The position numbers and the translations under genes were made by a program. This document shows, piece after piece, positions 1-13,400 of a DNA stretch of 64,000 nucleotides (its first letter is position 1; every line of letters begins with the position of its first letter). Below the pieces are notes generated by a model. The model worked only from the letters and a program-made list of their open reading frames with translations, ran no database searches and was not told the origin of the DNA. Location: contig NC_092670.1 in the NCBI RefSeq assembly GCF_964355755.1, positions 6,562,201 to 6,626,200 of the forward strand, in the 5' to 3' direction. This stretch comes from Antedon mediterranea (Eukaryota > Animalia > Echinodermata).

Positions 1-176
1 TACCTATGATATCATGGTGTATTTAATTATTGTTCTATAGATTTTACAAAATCTTAAAAATGTTATTACATTTACATTATTAACTTGTCACTCTGTTATT
101 TATAGAGTAAGTATCAGTCAGCAATAAATAGATTTTTGAACAATTTGTGTTGTCACAAATTCTGTTTTTCTTATAG

Positions 177-3100
177 ATAATGAGAATCCAAATATAACAT
201 GTCCCAGTGACTTCAACAAGACAACAGATAATGGACAACCAACAGCTTGGATTCAATGGGATGTTGAATACACAGAAAACACAGAATCTTTATATGATGT
301 CAGCCTAACAGGACCAGGCTCAAGTTATAATCAGTCTGGTGAACACTTCCCCATTGGAACAACAACACTTGAATATACAGTAACTGATGCATTTGGAAAC
401 AGTGATAACTGTACATTTTATGTCACTGTACGAGGTGAATATTAGTTGTAAATATTTTTGGATAATTTTAACGATTTTCAGTAAAACAGTTAATGTTTGC
501 ATGAAATTGGTTATAAATAAATATATTGCCTAAGACTGCAAACAACCCACGAACCTCATACCTTCTAACTTAAAATTGTAATTGCTTAACATTGTGCGAT
601 TACTTATTCATTTTTGAATTATTAATTCCCTTTCTTTTTAAACAGATGAAGAAGACCCTGTGATATCGAGCTGTTCAATGAACATTGCTTTGAATACTAC
701 ACGTAAGTTACCATTCACTAATGCTACTTGGATGACTCCAAATGCTTCAGATAATTCAGGCAATGTTACATTAATCTCTACACATAAGCCTGGTGATGGC
801 TTTGCAGCAACAACAACTGAAGTCACTTACACAGCAACTGATCCGTATGGAAACGAAGACATCTGTATATTCAATGTTACTGTAATTGGTAAGATTAACA
901 TTTAATTTGTATTAAACAATTACTATAAAACATGTTAATGTATTTACAAAGTTTCTTTAAAAAATAGTATTACTTAAAGAGAAAGATAAACTGCATTTTA
1001 AAATGTACTTTAGATAATGTATTTTTTCGATTTATTAAACAGATGCCGAGTCTCCTACTTTGAACTGCGTGTCCAATGTGACTGTGTACACCGATTTAAA
1101 TTCAGCAACAGCTAATGTGTCCTGGCCAATACCAGAAACAACAGACAACAGTGGTTTAGAACCTACATTAACCTCTAACTATGAACCATATACACTGTTT
1201 AATATTGGAACAATTCTAGTAATGTACACATCAACAGATGCATCAAATAATGTGCAAACTTGCATATTCAATGTCACTGTAATTGGTAAGTATAATTGAT
1301 ATGATAAAGAAAATACATGAACATTTGCTAAAATTTGCAGATAGGTTTTTCATTTTATTTATTTTATTGCAGATAATGAAGATCCTGTATTTGATTGCCC
1401 TAGTGGCAATATTATGGCATATACAGATGAGTCCCAATCATACTCAACTGTTTATTGGAATGTGTCAGTTACTGATAATTCAGGTAACGTTACATATGAT
1501 TGTACGAGTGAATCAGGTGATCAGTTTAATGCTGTTTGGCCAATAATACAACAAAATGTAAGCTGCATGGCACAGGATCCATCGGGAAATGACGAATCTT
1601 GCTTTTTCTCAATAACAATTGAGGGTGAGCATATTGTGATTATTTATTCATATTTATTGATTTATTTTACATTTTAAAGATTTTTTTACACAAATGATTT
1701 TGTAAAATCTCAAATAAAGTATAGAATAGCAGATTTTAATGATGCAAAAAAATCAATGTTATAAATAATTGAATGCATAAACATAATAATGTAATAAACA
1801 TAATATGTTATAAAACCAGATGGATTAAATGCAAACATATTATGTTTACATACAATTCCGTCGGATTTTACACTGACAAAAATTCATAGGTTTAATATTA
1901 GATTGTCAATATTAAACCATACAATGAGTACCAACGAAGACATACATACTTAACATTCAATAAATGTATATTCAACATTTTAAAGTACCAGGAATTATTG
2001 GGATTTTAATTTGTAGATAATGAGAACCCAAGTATAGAATGTCCAAGTGACTTCAATGTGACAACAGACAATGGACAACCAACAGCTTGGATTCAATGGG
2101 ATGTTGAATACACAGACAACACACAATCTCTATATGATCTCAGCTTAACAGGATCAGGTTCAAGTTATAATCAATCTGGTGAAAACTTCCTTATTGGAAC
2201 AACAGCACTTGAATATACAGTAACTGATGTATTTGGAAACAGTGATAACTGCACATTTATTGTCTTTATACGAGGTGAATATACACTAGTATTGCTTTTA
2301 ATTATTATTTTAAATAATGTTTTACACACCAAGCTCTTTTGCATAATCGCCCTCAGTACGAAATAGGAATCCAACAAAGACTACTTCTAAACCTATAAAT
2401 ACCGAAAGTTAGCAAAAAATCGTTTTAGAACATGCAATGTTGTCTTTTGAATTCAATATAGTAACTTGTTATCCACACATTTTCTTACGTTTGTTGAGTA
2501 TAGAAATTCAAAATTAACTCACTAACCTAATGTTTATTACATCATCATGTAGATATTGAGAAGCCAATGCTGAATTGTCCAGATGGCATTGTAAACGTGA
2601 CTTTAATTGGTGAAGCATACGGTATTGCCAATTGGGTTGAACCAGACATTACAGACAACTCTGGCTTCCTTCATGTGAACATGTCAAATTACTTTTCTGG
2701 TGATCGCTTTTACCCAGGCAACACAACAGTTTATTATTTTGCTGAGGATCCATATGGAAACTCGGTTAATTGTACATTTATTGTTACAATATTTGGTAAG
2801 ATTAATTACCGTTTCGATAGTTTGTCTTATGTATAACTACAAAGTAAGTCAGATGTTTAATAAATATGTATAATTCTGAAATGTAAATTATAATTTTTCC
2901 TAAAAGTCTTTCTGCCATTTTGTTCAAATTAAACTAATTAATTTGTATTGGTTTTAAAATGGCTTTGGCTGCGCAGAAAATTAATTCTTTTACAGATCTA
3001 GTAAAGAAATGTCATTATGCTCAATGATATGAATTTTGGAGGTTTAGGAATAAATAACTATATAATATAGGCCACGTTGTCATAGAAGAAGAAATTAGTA

Positions 3101-6100
3101 AAATTGTATAATTTTGTATTGTTATATTCTAAGATTTATATATGTTTTTATATGGTATAGTTTATTCCATTCTGTAAGGGGCGGGTTTTCCCGCTGTTGA
3201 ATGAGTTTGAATAAAATAAAAAAATAAAATAAAGAACAAATTTCATCATTCAAATCTACCAAAAAGAATAATACCGTAATAGAATTTAATTTTTTTTTAT
3301 CTTTTTGATATTTTTCAAAAATCTGATGAAACCTCATTATTTCCTTTTTTCTTAAAAATGAATAAAAGCTGACTATTGATATCTATTTCTCCCTCAGATG
3401 CTGAGATACCGATATTTGATCCATGTCCCAGTAATATAGAGGTAAACACAGATTCCAGACTGCCGTATGCAGAAGTAAATTGGAATATTTCAGTATATGA
3501 TAACGTTGGTGTTATTGAACTTGATAGCAACTATGCCCCATTTGATAAATTTAATATCACAGTAACAGAGGTAAAATATGTTGCAACAGACTCTGAGGGC
3601 AATGAAGCAGAGTGTACATTTAATGTCACAGTAACAGGTAACAATAATTTGGTCAGGTTATCAAATTATTTAAAATTGTAATGTCTACTTACAAATGTTC
3701 AGGTGGTCGTATATAACCACAACTAGCTAAAAAAGTAAAATCATTGAGATATACCAATGTCCAAACAGTCAGATACCTGTAAACCCAACATGCTGTAATT
3801 TTATTGGACATGACCAGTTAAAAATAACACATTTTGGACATATGATCTCCATAAAGACACCAGTGAAATCAACGTTTCTCAAACATTATGGTTAAATGAA
3901 ACCCGATATGTTATGTTGGTTTTTTCTGACTCTGGGTCAGACATAGGCTACACAAGACTTTGCTCTGTTTTGTCAATAGACTAGATAGAGAGAACACCTC
4001 TCATAATTCTGTTTTGTCCATGGGCTAGATATTTTCACAACTTCTTTCAACCTGAACTTGAGAAAAGCTTTTTTTAATAATCGTAATCTTCTACTGCAAC
4101 GCTTACAAACTTAAATCTTATCTCTTAATAATATTTGTTTATAATTATTTGTCGCATATTAATATCCAGCACACTTTTTCAGATACTGAGCCTCCTGTAT
4201 ACATTGGATGTCTTACTAATATAATTGTCATGGTTCCTGTTGGAATGGCCAATAGATCTGTAACATGGATAGAACCAGCAGCTACTGATAATGCCGGAGT
4301 ATACAATGCAACATCTACTCACAGACCTGGTGATACATTTGAAATTGGCACAGTTACAGTGACATACACAACATTTGATACTGCCGGACTAAACACAACG
4401 TGTGTATTTGAAGTAACAGTTCAAGGTATTTGATTTATAAAATATACAACTGTGTAAAACGTGCAGACATGTTCAACTAAACCTTGATTTCTGAAATATA
4501 ATGTATATATGTATACATGAGGTGTATGGGTTTGTTTTTTCATTGATATATTTATATTCATTATTGTATGTATTGCAAGGTATAACATTTTACAGGCAAT
4601 TTGATTTTCATTGTAACTTTCCTACCAGCTATTGTTTATATATCATAATACCCTATGTGTAGGTTGGATCACACAGCCCTATATTATTATTTATCAAGCT
4701 TTTTTAAAGTGAGATCAATCTAGCTTAAGTTGTGTTTACCTAGACGGCTTTTGATAACCTCTAAACATTGTAATGGTTTTTTTCTGCACTATCATCATCA
4801 CCATCATTGTAATGGTTTTTTTCTGCACTATCATTACCATCATTGTAATGGTTTTATCTGCACTATCATCACCATCATTGTAATGGTTTTATCTGTACTA
4901 TCATCACCATCATTGTAATGGTTTTTATCTGCACTATCATCATCACCATCATTGTAATGGTTTTATCTGCACTATCATCATCACCATCATTGTAATGGTT
5001 TTTATCTGCACTATCATCATCACCATCATTGTAATGGTTTTTATCTGCACTATCATCATCACCATCATTGTAATGGTTTTATCTGCACTATCATCATCAC
5101 CATCATTGTAATGGTTTTTATCTGCACTATCATCATCACCATCATTGTAATGGTTTTATCTGCACTATCATCATCACCATCATTATAATGGTTTCATCTG
5201 CACTATCATCATCACCATCATTGTATTGGTTTTTTTCTGCACTATCATCACCATCATTGTAATGGTTTTTATCTGCACTATCATCATCACCATTATTGTA
5301 ATGGTTTTTTTCTGCACTATCATCACCATCATTGTAATGGTTTTATCTGCACTATCATCATCACCATCATTGTAATGGTTTTTTTCTGCACTATCATCAT
5401 CATTATTGTAATGGTTTTTCTCTGCACTATCATCATCATCATTGTAATGGTTTTTATCTGCACTATCATCACCATCATTGTATTGGTTTTTATCTGCACT
5501 ATCATCATCACCATCATTGTAATGGTTTTTTTCTGCACTATCATCACCATCATTGTAATGGTTTTATCTGCACTATCATCATCATCATTGTAATGGTTTT
5601 ATCTGCACTATCATCATCACCATCATTGTAATGGTTTTTTTCTGCACTATCATCACCATCATTGTAATGGTTTTATCTGCACTATCATCACCATCATTGT
5701 AATGGTTTTATCTGCACTATCATCATCATCATCATCATTGTAATGGTTTTTATCTGCACTATCATCATCATCATTGTAATGGTTTTTTACTGCACTATCA
5801 TCACCATCATTGTAATGGTTTTATCTGCACTATCATCATCACCATCATTGTAATGGTTTTTTTCTGCACTATCATCATCATCATTGTAATGGTTTTTATC
5901 TGCACTATCATCATCACCATCATTGTAATGGTTTTTATCTGCACTATCATCATCACCATCATTGTAATGGTTTTTTCTGCACTATCATCACCATCATTGT
6001 AATGGTTTTTTTCTGCACTATCATCATCACCATCATTGTAATGGTTTTTATCTGCACTATCATCATCACCATCATTGTAATGGTTTTTATCTGCACTATC

Positions 6101-7462
6101 ATCATCACCATCATTGTAATGGTTTTATCTGCACTATCATCACCATCATTGTAATGGTTTTTTCCTGCACTATCATCACCATCATTGTAATGGTTTTATC
6201 TGCACTATCATCATCATCATTGTAATGGTTTTATCTGCACTATCATCACCATCATTGTAATGGTTTTTATCTGCACTATCATCATCACCATCATTGTAAT
6301 GGTTTTATCTGCACTATCATCATCACCATCATTGTAATGGTTTTATCTGCACTATCATCATCATCATTTTAATGGTTTTTATCTGCACTATCATCACCAT
6401 CATTGTAATGGTTTTATCTGCACTATCATCATCACCATCATTGTAATGGTTTTATCTGCACTATCATCATCATCATTGTAATGGTTTTTATCTGCACTAT
6501 CATCATCACTATCATTGTAATGGTTTTATCTGCACTATCATCACCATCATTGTAATGGTTTTATCTGCACTATCATCATCACCATCATTGTAATGGTTTT
6601 ATCTGCACTATCATCATCATCATTGTAATGATTTTTATCTGCACTATCATCACCATCATTGTAATGGTTTTATCTGCACTATCATCATCATCATTGTAAT
6701 GGTTTTTATCTGCACTATCATCACCATCATTGTAATGGTTTTATCTGCACTATCATCACCATCATTGTAATGGTTTTTATCTGCACTATCATCACCATCA
6801 TTGTAATGGTTTTATCTGCACTATCATCATCACCATCATTGTAATGGTTTTATCTGCACTATCATCACCATCATTGTAATGGTTTTTATCTGCACTATCA
6901 TCACCATCATTGTAATGGTTTTATCTGCACTATCATCATCACCATCATTGTAATGGTTTTATCTGCACTATCATCATCATCATTGTAATGGTTTTTATCT
7001 GCACTATCATCACCATCATTGTAATGGTTTTATCTGCACTATCATCACCATCATTGTAATGGTTTTATCTGCACTATCATCATCATCATCATTGTAATGG
7101 TTTTTATCTGCACTATCATCATCACCATCATTGTAATGGTGTTTATCTGCACTATCATCATAACCATCATTGAGGACTAAATAATTGTCACGTAATGATT
7201 TCTTTTGAATCTATAGATACGGAAGATCCTGTGTTTCTCAACTGCCCAATGTCTCCAATAGAAGTAGTCACTGATGAAGGCTTTGCATATGCCAACGTGT
7301 CATGGGATGACCCTCAACCTATGGACAATTCTGGCATGTTAACAGTTACTCAAGGGAATTATCCTAGTGATAGTTTTTATGTTGGAACTCATTCTGTTAA
7401 CATAACAGCTGAAGATGAAGATGGTAACATTGGTATCTGCACTTTTGTGATAACTGTCAAAG
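177..7462 (+). CDS. Gene 1 HYR exons 1-9 (types D,A,B,C,D,E,F,G,H)
   Basis: Phase-1 exons 177-434, 646-888, 1043-1285, 1373-1624, 2017-2274, 2553-2795, 3398-3637, 4183-4425, 7217-7462. Each encodes D-x-E-x-P...C...W...DNSG...F-x-x-G-x-T-x-V-x-Y-x-A-x-D-x-x-GN...C-x-F-x-V-x-V (HYR consensus). Confidence 0.93.
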
Positions 7463-10400
7463 GTAATACTGATTCTGTGTACATGTTGCGTAAATAAGGG
7501 GTGAAGCACTGTAGTCTACATAATTTACTTTGAATAAATTGAAACGTACTAATGTTTGCAATTAACACCATCGCAGTAAATACCAGATGTGTGTGGGTTT
7601 ATAGATACAGGACCATCAGCTCAACCTCACATCAAATGACTGAGAGTAAAGTAACATCTTCCTTTGAAAATAATATTATAAAAACTATAACTGTAGTCTA
7701 CATAATTTACTTTGAATAAATTGAACCGTACTAATGTTTGCAATTAACACCATCACAGTAAATACCAGATGTTTGTGGGTTTATAGAGACAGGACCATCA
7801 GCGCAACCTCACATCAAATGACTGAGAGTAAAGTAACATCTTCCTAAGAAAATAATATTATAAAAAAAGGTGACCAACTTAACCTTCTCACGTGTCATTT
7901 CCTTTCTTTCAGATGAAGAAGATCCTGTACTAACTGGCTGCCCAATGAACATTATTTTGAATACCAAAAGTATGCTTTCATATGGTAATGCTACTTGGAT
8001 GAGTCCAAATGCTTCAGATAATTCAGGCAATGTTACCTTAGTTTCTACACATAAGCCTGGTGATGGCTTTGCCGCAACAACAACTGAAGTTACTTACACA
8101 GCAACTGATCCGTATGGAAACGAAGACATGTGTACATTCAATGTTACTGTAATTGGTAAGAATAGCATTTAATTTTTATTAAACAATTACTATAAAACAT
8201 TTCAGTTTAATTTTTTTTTTTAATAGAGTACTTTTTATAAAGAGAAAGATAAACTGTATTACAAAATGTACTTGAGATAATGTACTTTTTCACTTTATTA
8301 ACCAGATGCCGAGTCTCCTACTTTGAACTGTGTGTCCAATGTGACTGTGTACACCGATTTAAATTCAGCAACAGCTAATGTATCCTGGCCAATACCAGAA
8401 ACAACAGACAACAGTGGTTTAGAAGCTACATTAACCTCTAACTATGAACCCTATACACTGTTTAATATTGGAACAACTCTAGTAATGTACACATCAACAG
8501 ATGTATCAAATAATGTACAAACGTGCATGTTCAATGTAACTGTAATTGGTAAGTACGATTAATGGGTATAAATATTACAACTAAAATGTATATAAAACAT
8601 TTTAAACTGGCTTATTTGGTATTTCTTTAATCTATTAAAGATAATGAAGATCCGGTATTTGATTGCCCCAATGGCAACATTATGGCATATACAGATGAGT
8701 CCCAATCATACTCAACTGTTTACTGGAATGTGTCAGTTACTGATAATTCAGGTAATGTTACATATAATTGTACAAGTGAATCAGGTGACCAGTTTGATGC
8801 TATTTGGCCAACAATACAACAAAATGTAAGCTGCATGGCACAGGATCCATCTGGAAATGACGCATCTTGCTTTTTCTCTGTTACTGTTGATGGTGAGTTT
8901 ATAAAAATTGTATTATATTGATTTTTGTGTACAAAATGTTTTTTTTATTTTGAATCTTATTTCTACAGTACACAAACACACTACTACAACAAAATTACTG
9001 ATTCTCATTAGTTGGTTGTTTTATTATTGCAACTACACAATCCTACATGATCCTGTTACACAGTAAGTTATTATTGTATTTGACGTAGGCTACTACCATT
9101 CCATAGATTTGACTCTTAGTAGGCAAACAATAATCTTGTAAAACTTACTCTTATTAAACCATTGAAATTAATATCAAACAGTTGGATAATACATTGGTTG
9201 GTTTAAACATTCAACAGTTAAATATTAAAGAGTTGTAATTTTTTTCTTATAGATAATGAAAATCCAAATATAACATGTCCCAGTAACTTCAATGTGACAA
9301 CAGACAATGGACAAGCAACAGCTTGGATTCAATGGGATGTTGAATACACAGACAACACAAAATCTCTATATAATCTCAGCCTAACAGGATCTGGTTTAAA
9401 TTATAATCAATCTGGTGAACACTTCCCCATTGGAACAACAACACTTGAATATACAGTAACTGATGTATTTGGAAACAGTGATAACTGTACATTTTATGTC
9501 ACTGTACGAGGTGAATTTTTTTAGATGGTTTTAATGATTTTCAGTAAAAAAGTTTATGTTTGAATGGAATGAAAATAAATATCTTGTCCAATAATAATAA
9601 TAACCCACGAACATCATACCTTCTTACTTGCAGTTTTAATTTCTTAACATTATGCAATTACTTATTAATTGTTGAATTATTAATTTGCTTTTTAAACAGA
9701 TGAAGAAGACCCTGTGATATCGAGCTGTTCAGTGAACATTGTTTTGAATACTACAAGTATGTTACCATTCACTAATGCTACTTGGATGACTCCAAATGCT
9801 ACAGATAATTCAGGCAATGTTTCCTTAATCTCTACACATAGCCCTGGTGATGGCTTTGCAGCAACAACAACTCAGGTCACTTACACAGCAACTGATCCGT
9901 ATGGAAACGAAGACATCTGTATATTCAATGTTACTGTAATTGGTAAGATTAACATTTAATTTGTATTAAACAATTACTATAAACATGTTAATGTCTTTAC
10001 AAAGTTTCTTTAAAAAATAGTATTACATAAAGAGAAAGATAAACTGCATTTAAAAATGTACTTTAGATAATGTATTTTTTCAATTTATTAAACAGATGCC
10101 GAGTCTCCTACTTTGAACTGTGTGTCCAATGTGACTGTGTACACCGATTTAAAATCAGCAACAGCTAATGTATCCTGGCCAATACCAGAAACAAAAGACA
10201 ACAGTGGTTTAGAACCTACATTAACCTCTAACTATGAACCATATACACTGTTTAATATTGGAACAACTCTAGCAATGTACACATCAACAGATGCATCAAA
10301 TAATGTGCAAACTTGCATGTTCAATGTCACTGTAATTGGTAAGTATAATTGATATGATAAAGAAAATACATGAGCATTTACTAACATTTGCCGATAGGTT

Positions 10401-13400
10401 TTTCATTTCATTTATTTTATTACAGATAATGAAAATCCTGTATTTGATTGTCCTAGTGGCAACATTATGTCATATACAGATGAGTCCCAAACATACTCAA
10501 CTATTTATTGGAATGTATCAGTTACTGATAATTCAGGTAACGTTACATATAATTGTACAAGTGAATCAGGTGACCAGTTTAATGCCGTTTGGCCAATAAT
10601 ACAACAAAATGTAAGCTGCATGGCAAAGGATCCATCTGGAAATGACGCATCTTGCTTTTTCTCAATAACAATTGCAGGTGAGCATATTGTGATTATTGAT
10701 TCATATTTATTGATTTATTTTACATTTTAAAGATTTTTTTACACAAATGATTTTGTAAAATCTCAAATCAAGTATAGAATAGCAGATTTTAATGATGCAA
10801 AAAATCAATATTATAAATAATTGAATGCATAAACATAATAATGTAATAAACATAATATGTTATAAAACCAGATGGATTATATGCAAACGTATTATGTTTA
10901 CATACAATTCCGTCGGATTTTACATTGACCAAAATTCATAGGTTTAATATTAGATTGTCAATATTAAACCATACAATGAGTACCAACGAATTCAGTAATA
11001 CATACATACTTAACATTCAATAAATGTATATTCAACATTTTAAAGTAATATAAATTATTGGGTTTTTTAATTTGTAGATAATGAGAACCCAAGTATAGAA
11101 TGTCCAAATGACTTCAATGTGACAACAGGCAATGGAAAACCAACAGCTTGGATTCAATGGGATGTTGAATACACAGACAACACAGAATATTTATATGATC
11201 TCAGCCTAACAGGATCAGGTTCAAGTTATAATCAATCTGGTGAAAACTTCCTTATTGGAACAACAACACTTGAATATATAGTAACTGATGTATTTGGAAA
11301 CAGTGATAACTGCACATTTATTGTCTTTATTCGAGGTGAATATACACTAGTATTGCTTTTAATTATTATTTAAATATTGTTTTTATTTTTACACAAGTTC
11401 TATTGCATAATCTTCCTGAATACAAAATTGGAATCCAACAAAGACTACTTCTAAACCTATAAATACCGAAAGTTGGCCAAAAATCGTTTTAGAACATGCA
11501 ATGTTGTCTTTTGATTTCAATATAGTAAATTGTTATCCACACATTATCTTACGTTTATTGATTATAGAAATTAAAAATTAACTCAATAACCTAATTAGTA
11601 TTACATCATAATGTAGATATTGAGAATCCAATGCTGAATTGTCCAGATGGCATTGTAAACGTGACTTTAATTGGTGAAGCATACGGTATTGCCAATTGGG
11701 TTGAACCAGACATTACAGACAACTCTGACATCATTCATGTGAACATGTCAAATTACGTTTCTGGTGATCGCTTCTATCCAGGCAACACAACAGTTTATTA
11801 TTTTGCTGAAGATCCATATGGAAACTCTGTTAATTGTACATTTATTGTTACAATCTTTGGTAAGATTAATTACCGTTTCGATAGTTTGTCTTATGTATAA
11901 CTACAAAGTTAGTCACATTCTTAATAAATATGTATAATTCTGAAACGTAAATTTTAATTTTTCATTTCTGCCATTTTACTCAAATTAAACTCATTAATTT
12001 GTATTGGTCTTAAAAAAACAATTCTTTTAAAGATCTAGTAAAGAATTGTCCGTATGCTCAATAATATGAATTTTGGAGGTTTAGGAATAAATAACTATAT
12101 ATAGACCACGTTGTCATAGAAGAAGAACACATTTCATTTATTAATTTACAAATCTACCAAAAATAATAATACCGTAACAGAATCTATTTGATATTTTTCA
12201 AAAATCTGATGAAACCTCATTATTTCCTTATTCCTTAAACAATGAATACAAGCTGACTATTGATGTCTGTTTCTCCCTCAGATGTTGAGATACCGATATT
12301 TGATCCATGTCCCAGTAATATAGACGTAAACACAGATCCCAGACTGCCGTATGCTGTAGTAAATTGGAACATTACAGTATATGATAATGTTGGTGTTATT
12401 GAACTTGATAGCAACTATGTCCCATTTGATACATTTAATATCACAGTAACAGAGGTAAAATATGTTGCAACAGACTCTGAGGGCAATGAAGCAGAGTGTA
12501 CATTTAATGTCACAGTAACAGGTAACAATGATTTTGTCAGGTTATCAAATTATTTAAAATTGTAATGTCTACTTAGAAATGTTCAGGTGGCCGAACATAA
12601 CCCCAGCTAAAAAAGGTAACATGACTGAGATATACCAATTGTTTTAATAATTGGATGTGACAATACTACATTTTTACAACATGTCCAAACAGTCAGATAA
12701 CTGTGAACCCTACATTGCTGTAATGTTATTTGACGTGACCAGGTAAAAATAGCACATTTGGGACATATGATCTCCATACAGTCACCAGTTAAATCAACGT
12801 TTTTCAAACATTATGGTTAAATGAAACCCGACTTGTTATGGAGGTCTTCTGACTCTGGGACAGACATAAGCTACATAAGACTTGTTATTGTTCTGTTTTG
12901 TCAATAGACTAGATAGACAGAACACCTGTCATGAATCTATTTTTTTTATGGGCTAGATATTTTCACAACCAGAACTTGAGAAAAGCTTTTTTTTAAATAA
13001 TCGTAATTTTCTACTGCAACGCTTACAAACTTAAATCTTATCTCTTAATAATATTTGTTTATATTTTTCGAATATTAATATCCAGCACACTTTTTCAGAT
13101 ACTGAGCTTCCCGAATACATTGGATGTCCTCCTAATATAATTGTCCTGGTTCCTGTTGGAATGGCCAATAGATCTGTAACATGGATAGAACCAGCAGCTA
13201 CTGATAATGCCGGTGTATACAATGTAACATCTACTCACACACCTGGCGATACATTTGAAATTGGCACAGTTACAGTGACATACACAACATTTGATACTGC
13301 CGGACTAAACACAACTTGTGTATTTGAAGTAACAGTTCAAGGTATTTGGTTTATAATGTACAACTGTAATACAAAAACGTGCAGATGTCCAACTAAACCT

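Noticed and set aside
3322-3335. Other CTGATGA hits (3322, ~12206, ~48637) as hammerhead cores
   Set aside because: No stem II followed by GAAA; chance matches.
4766-7172. CRISPR-like array, or His-rich/hydrophobic ORFs (4730-4918, 5329-5553, 5375-5593)
   Set aside because: Head-to-tail units with no unique spacers, no cas genes and a eukaryotic intron context. The ORFs are translations of the minisatellite.
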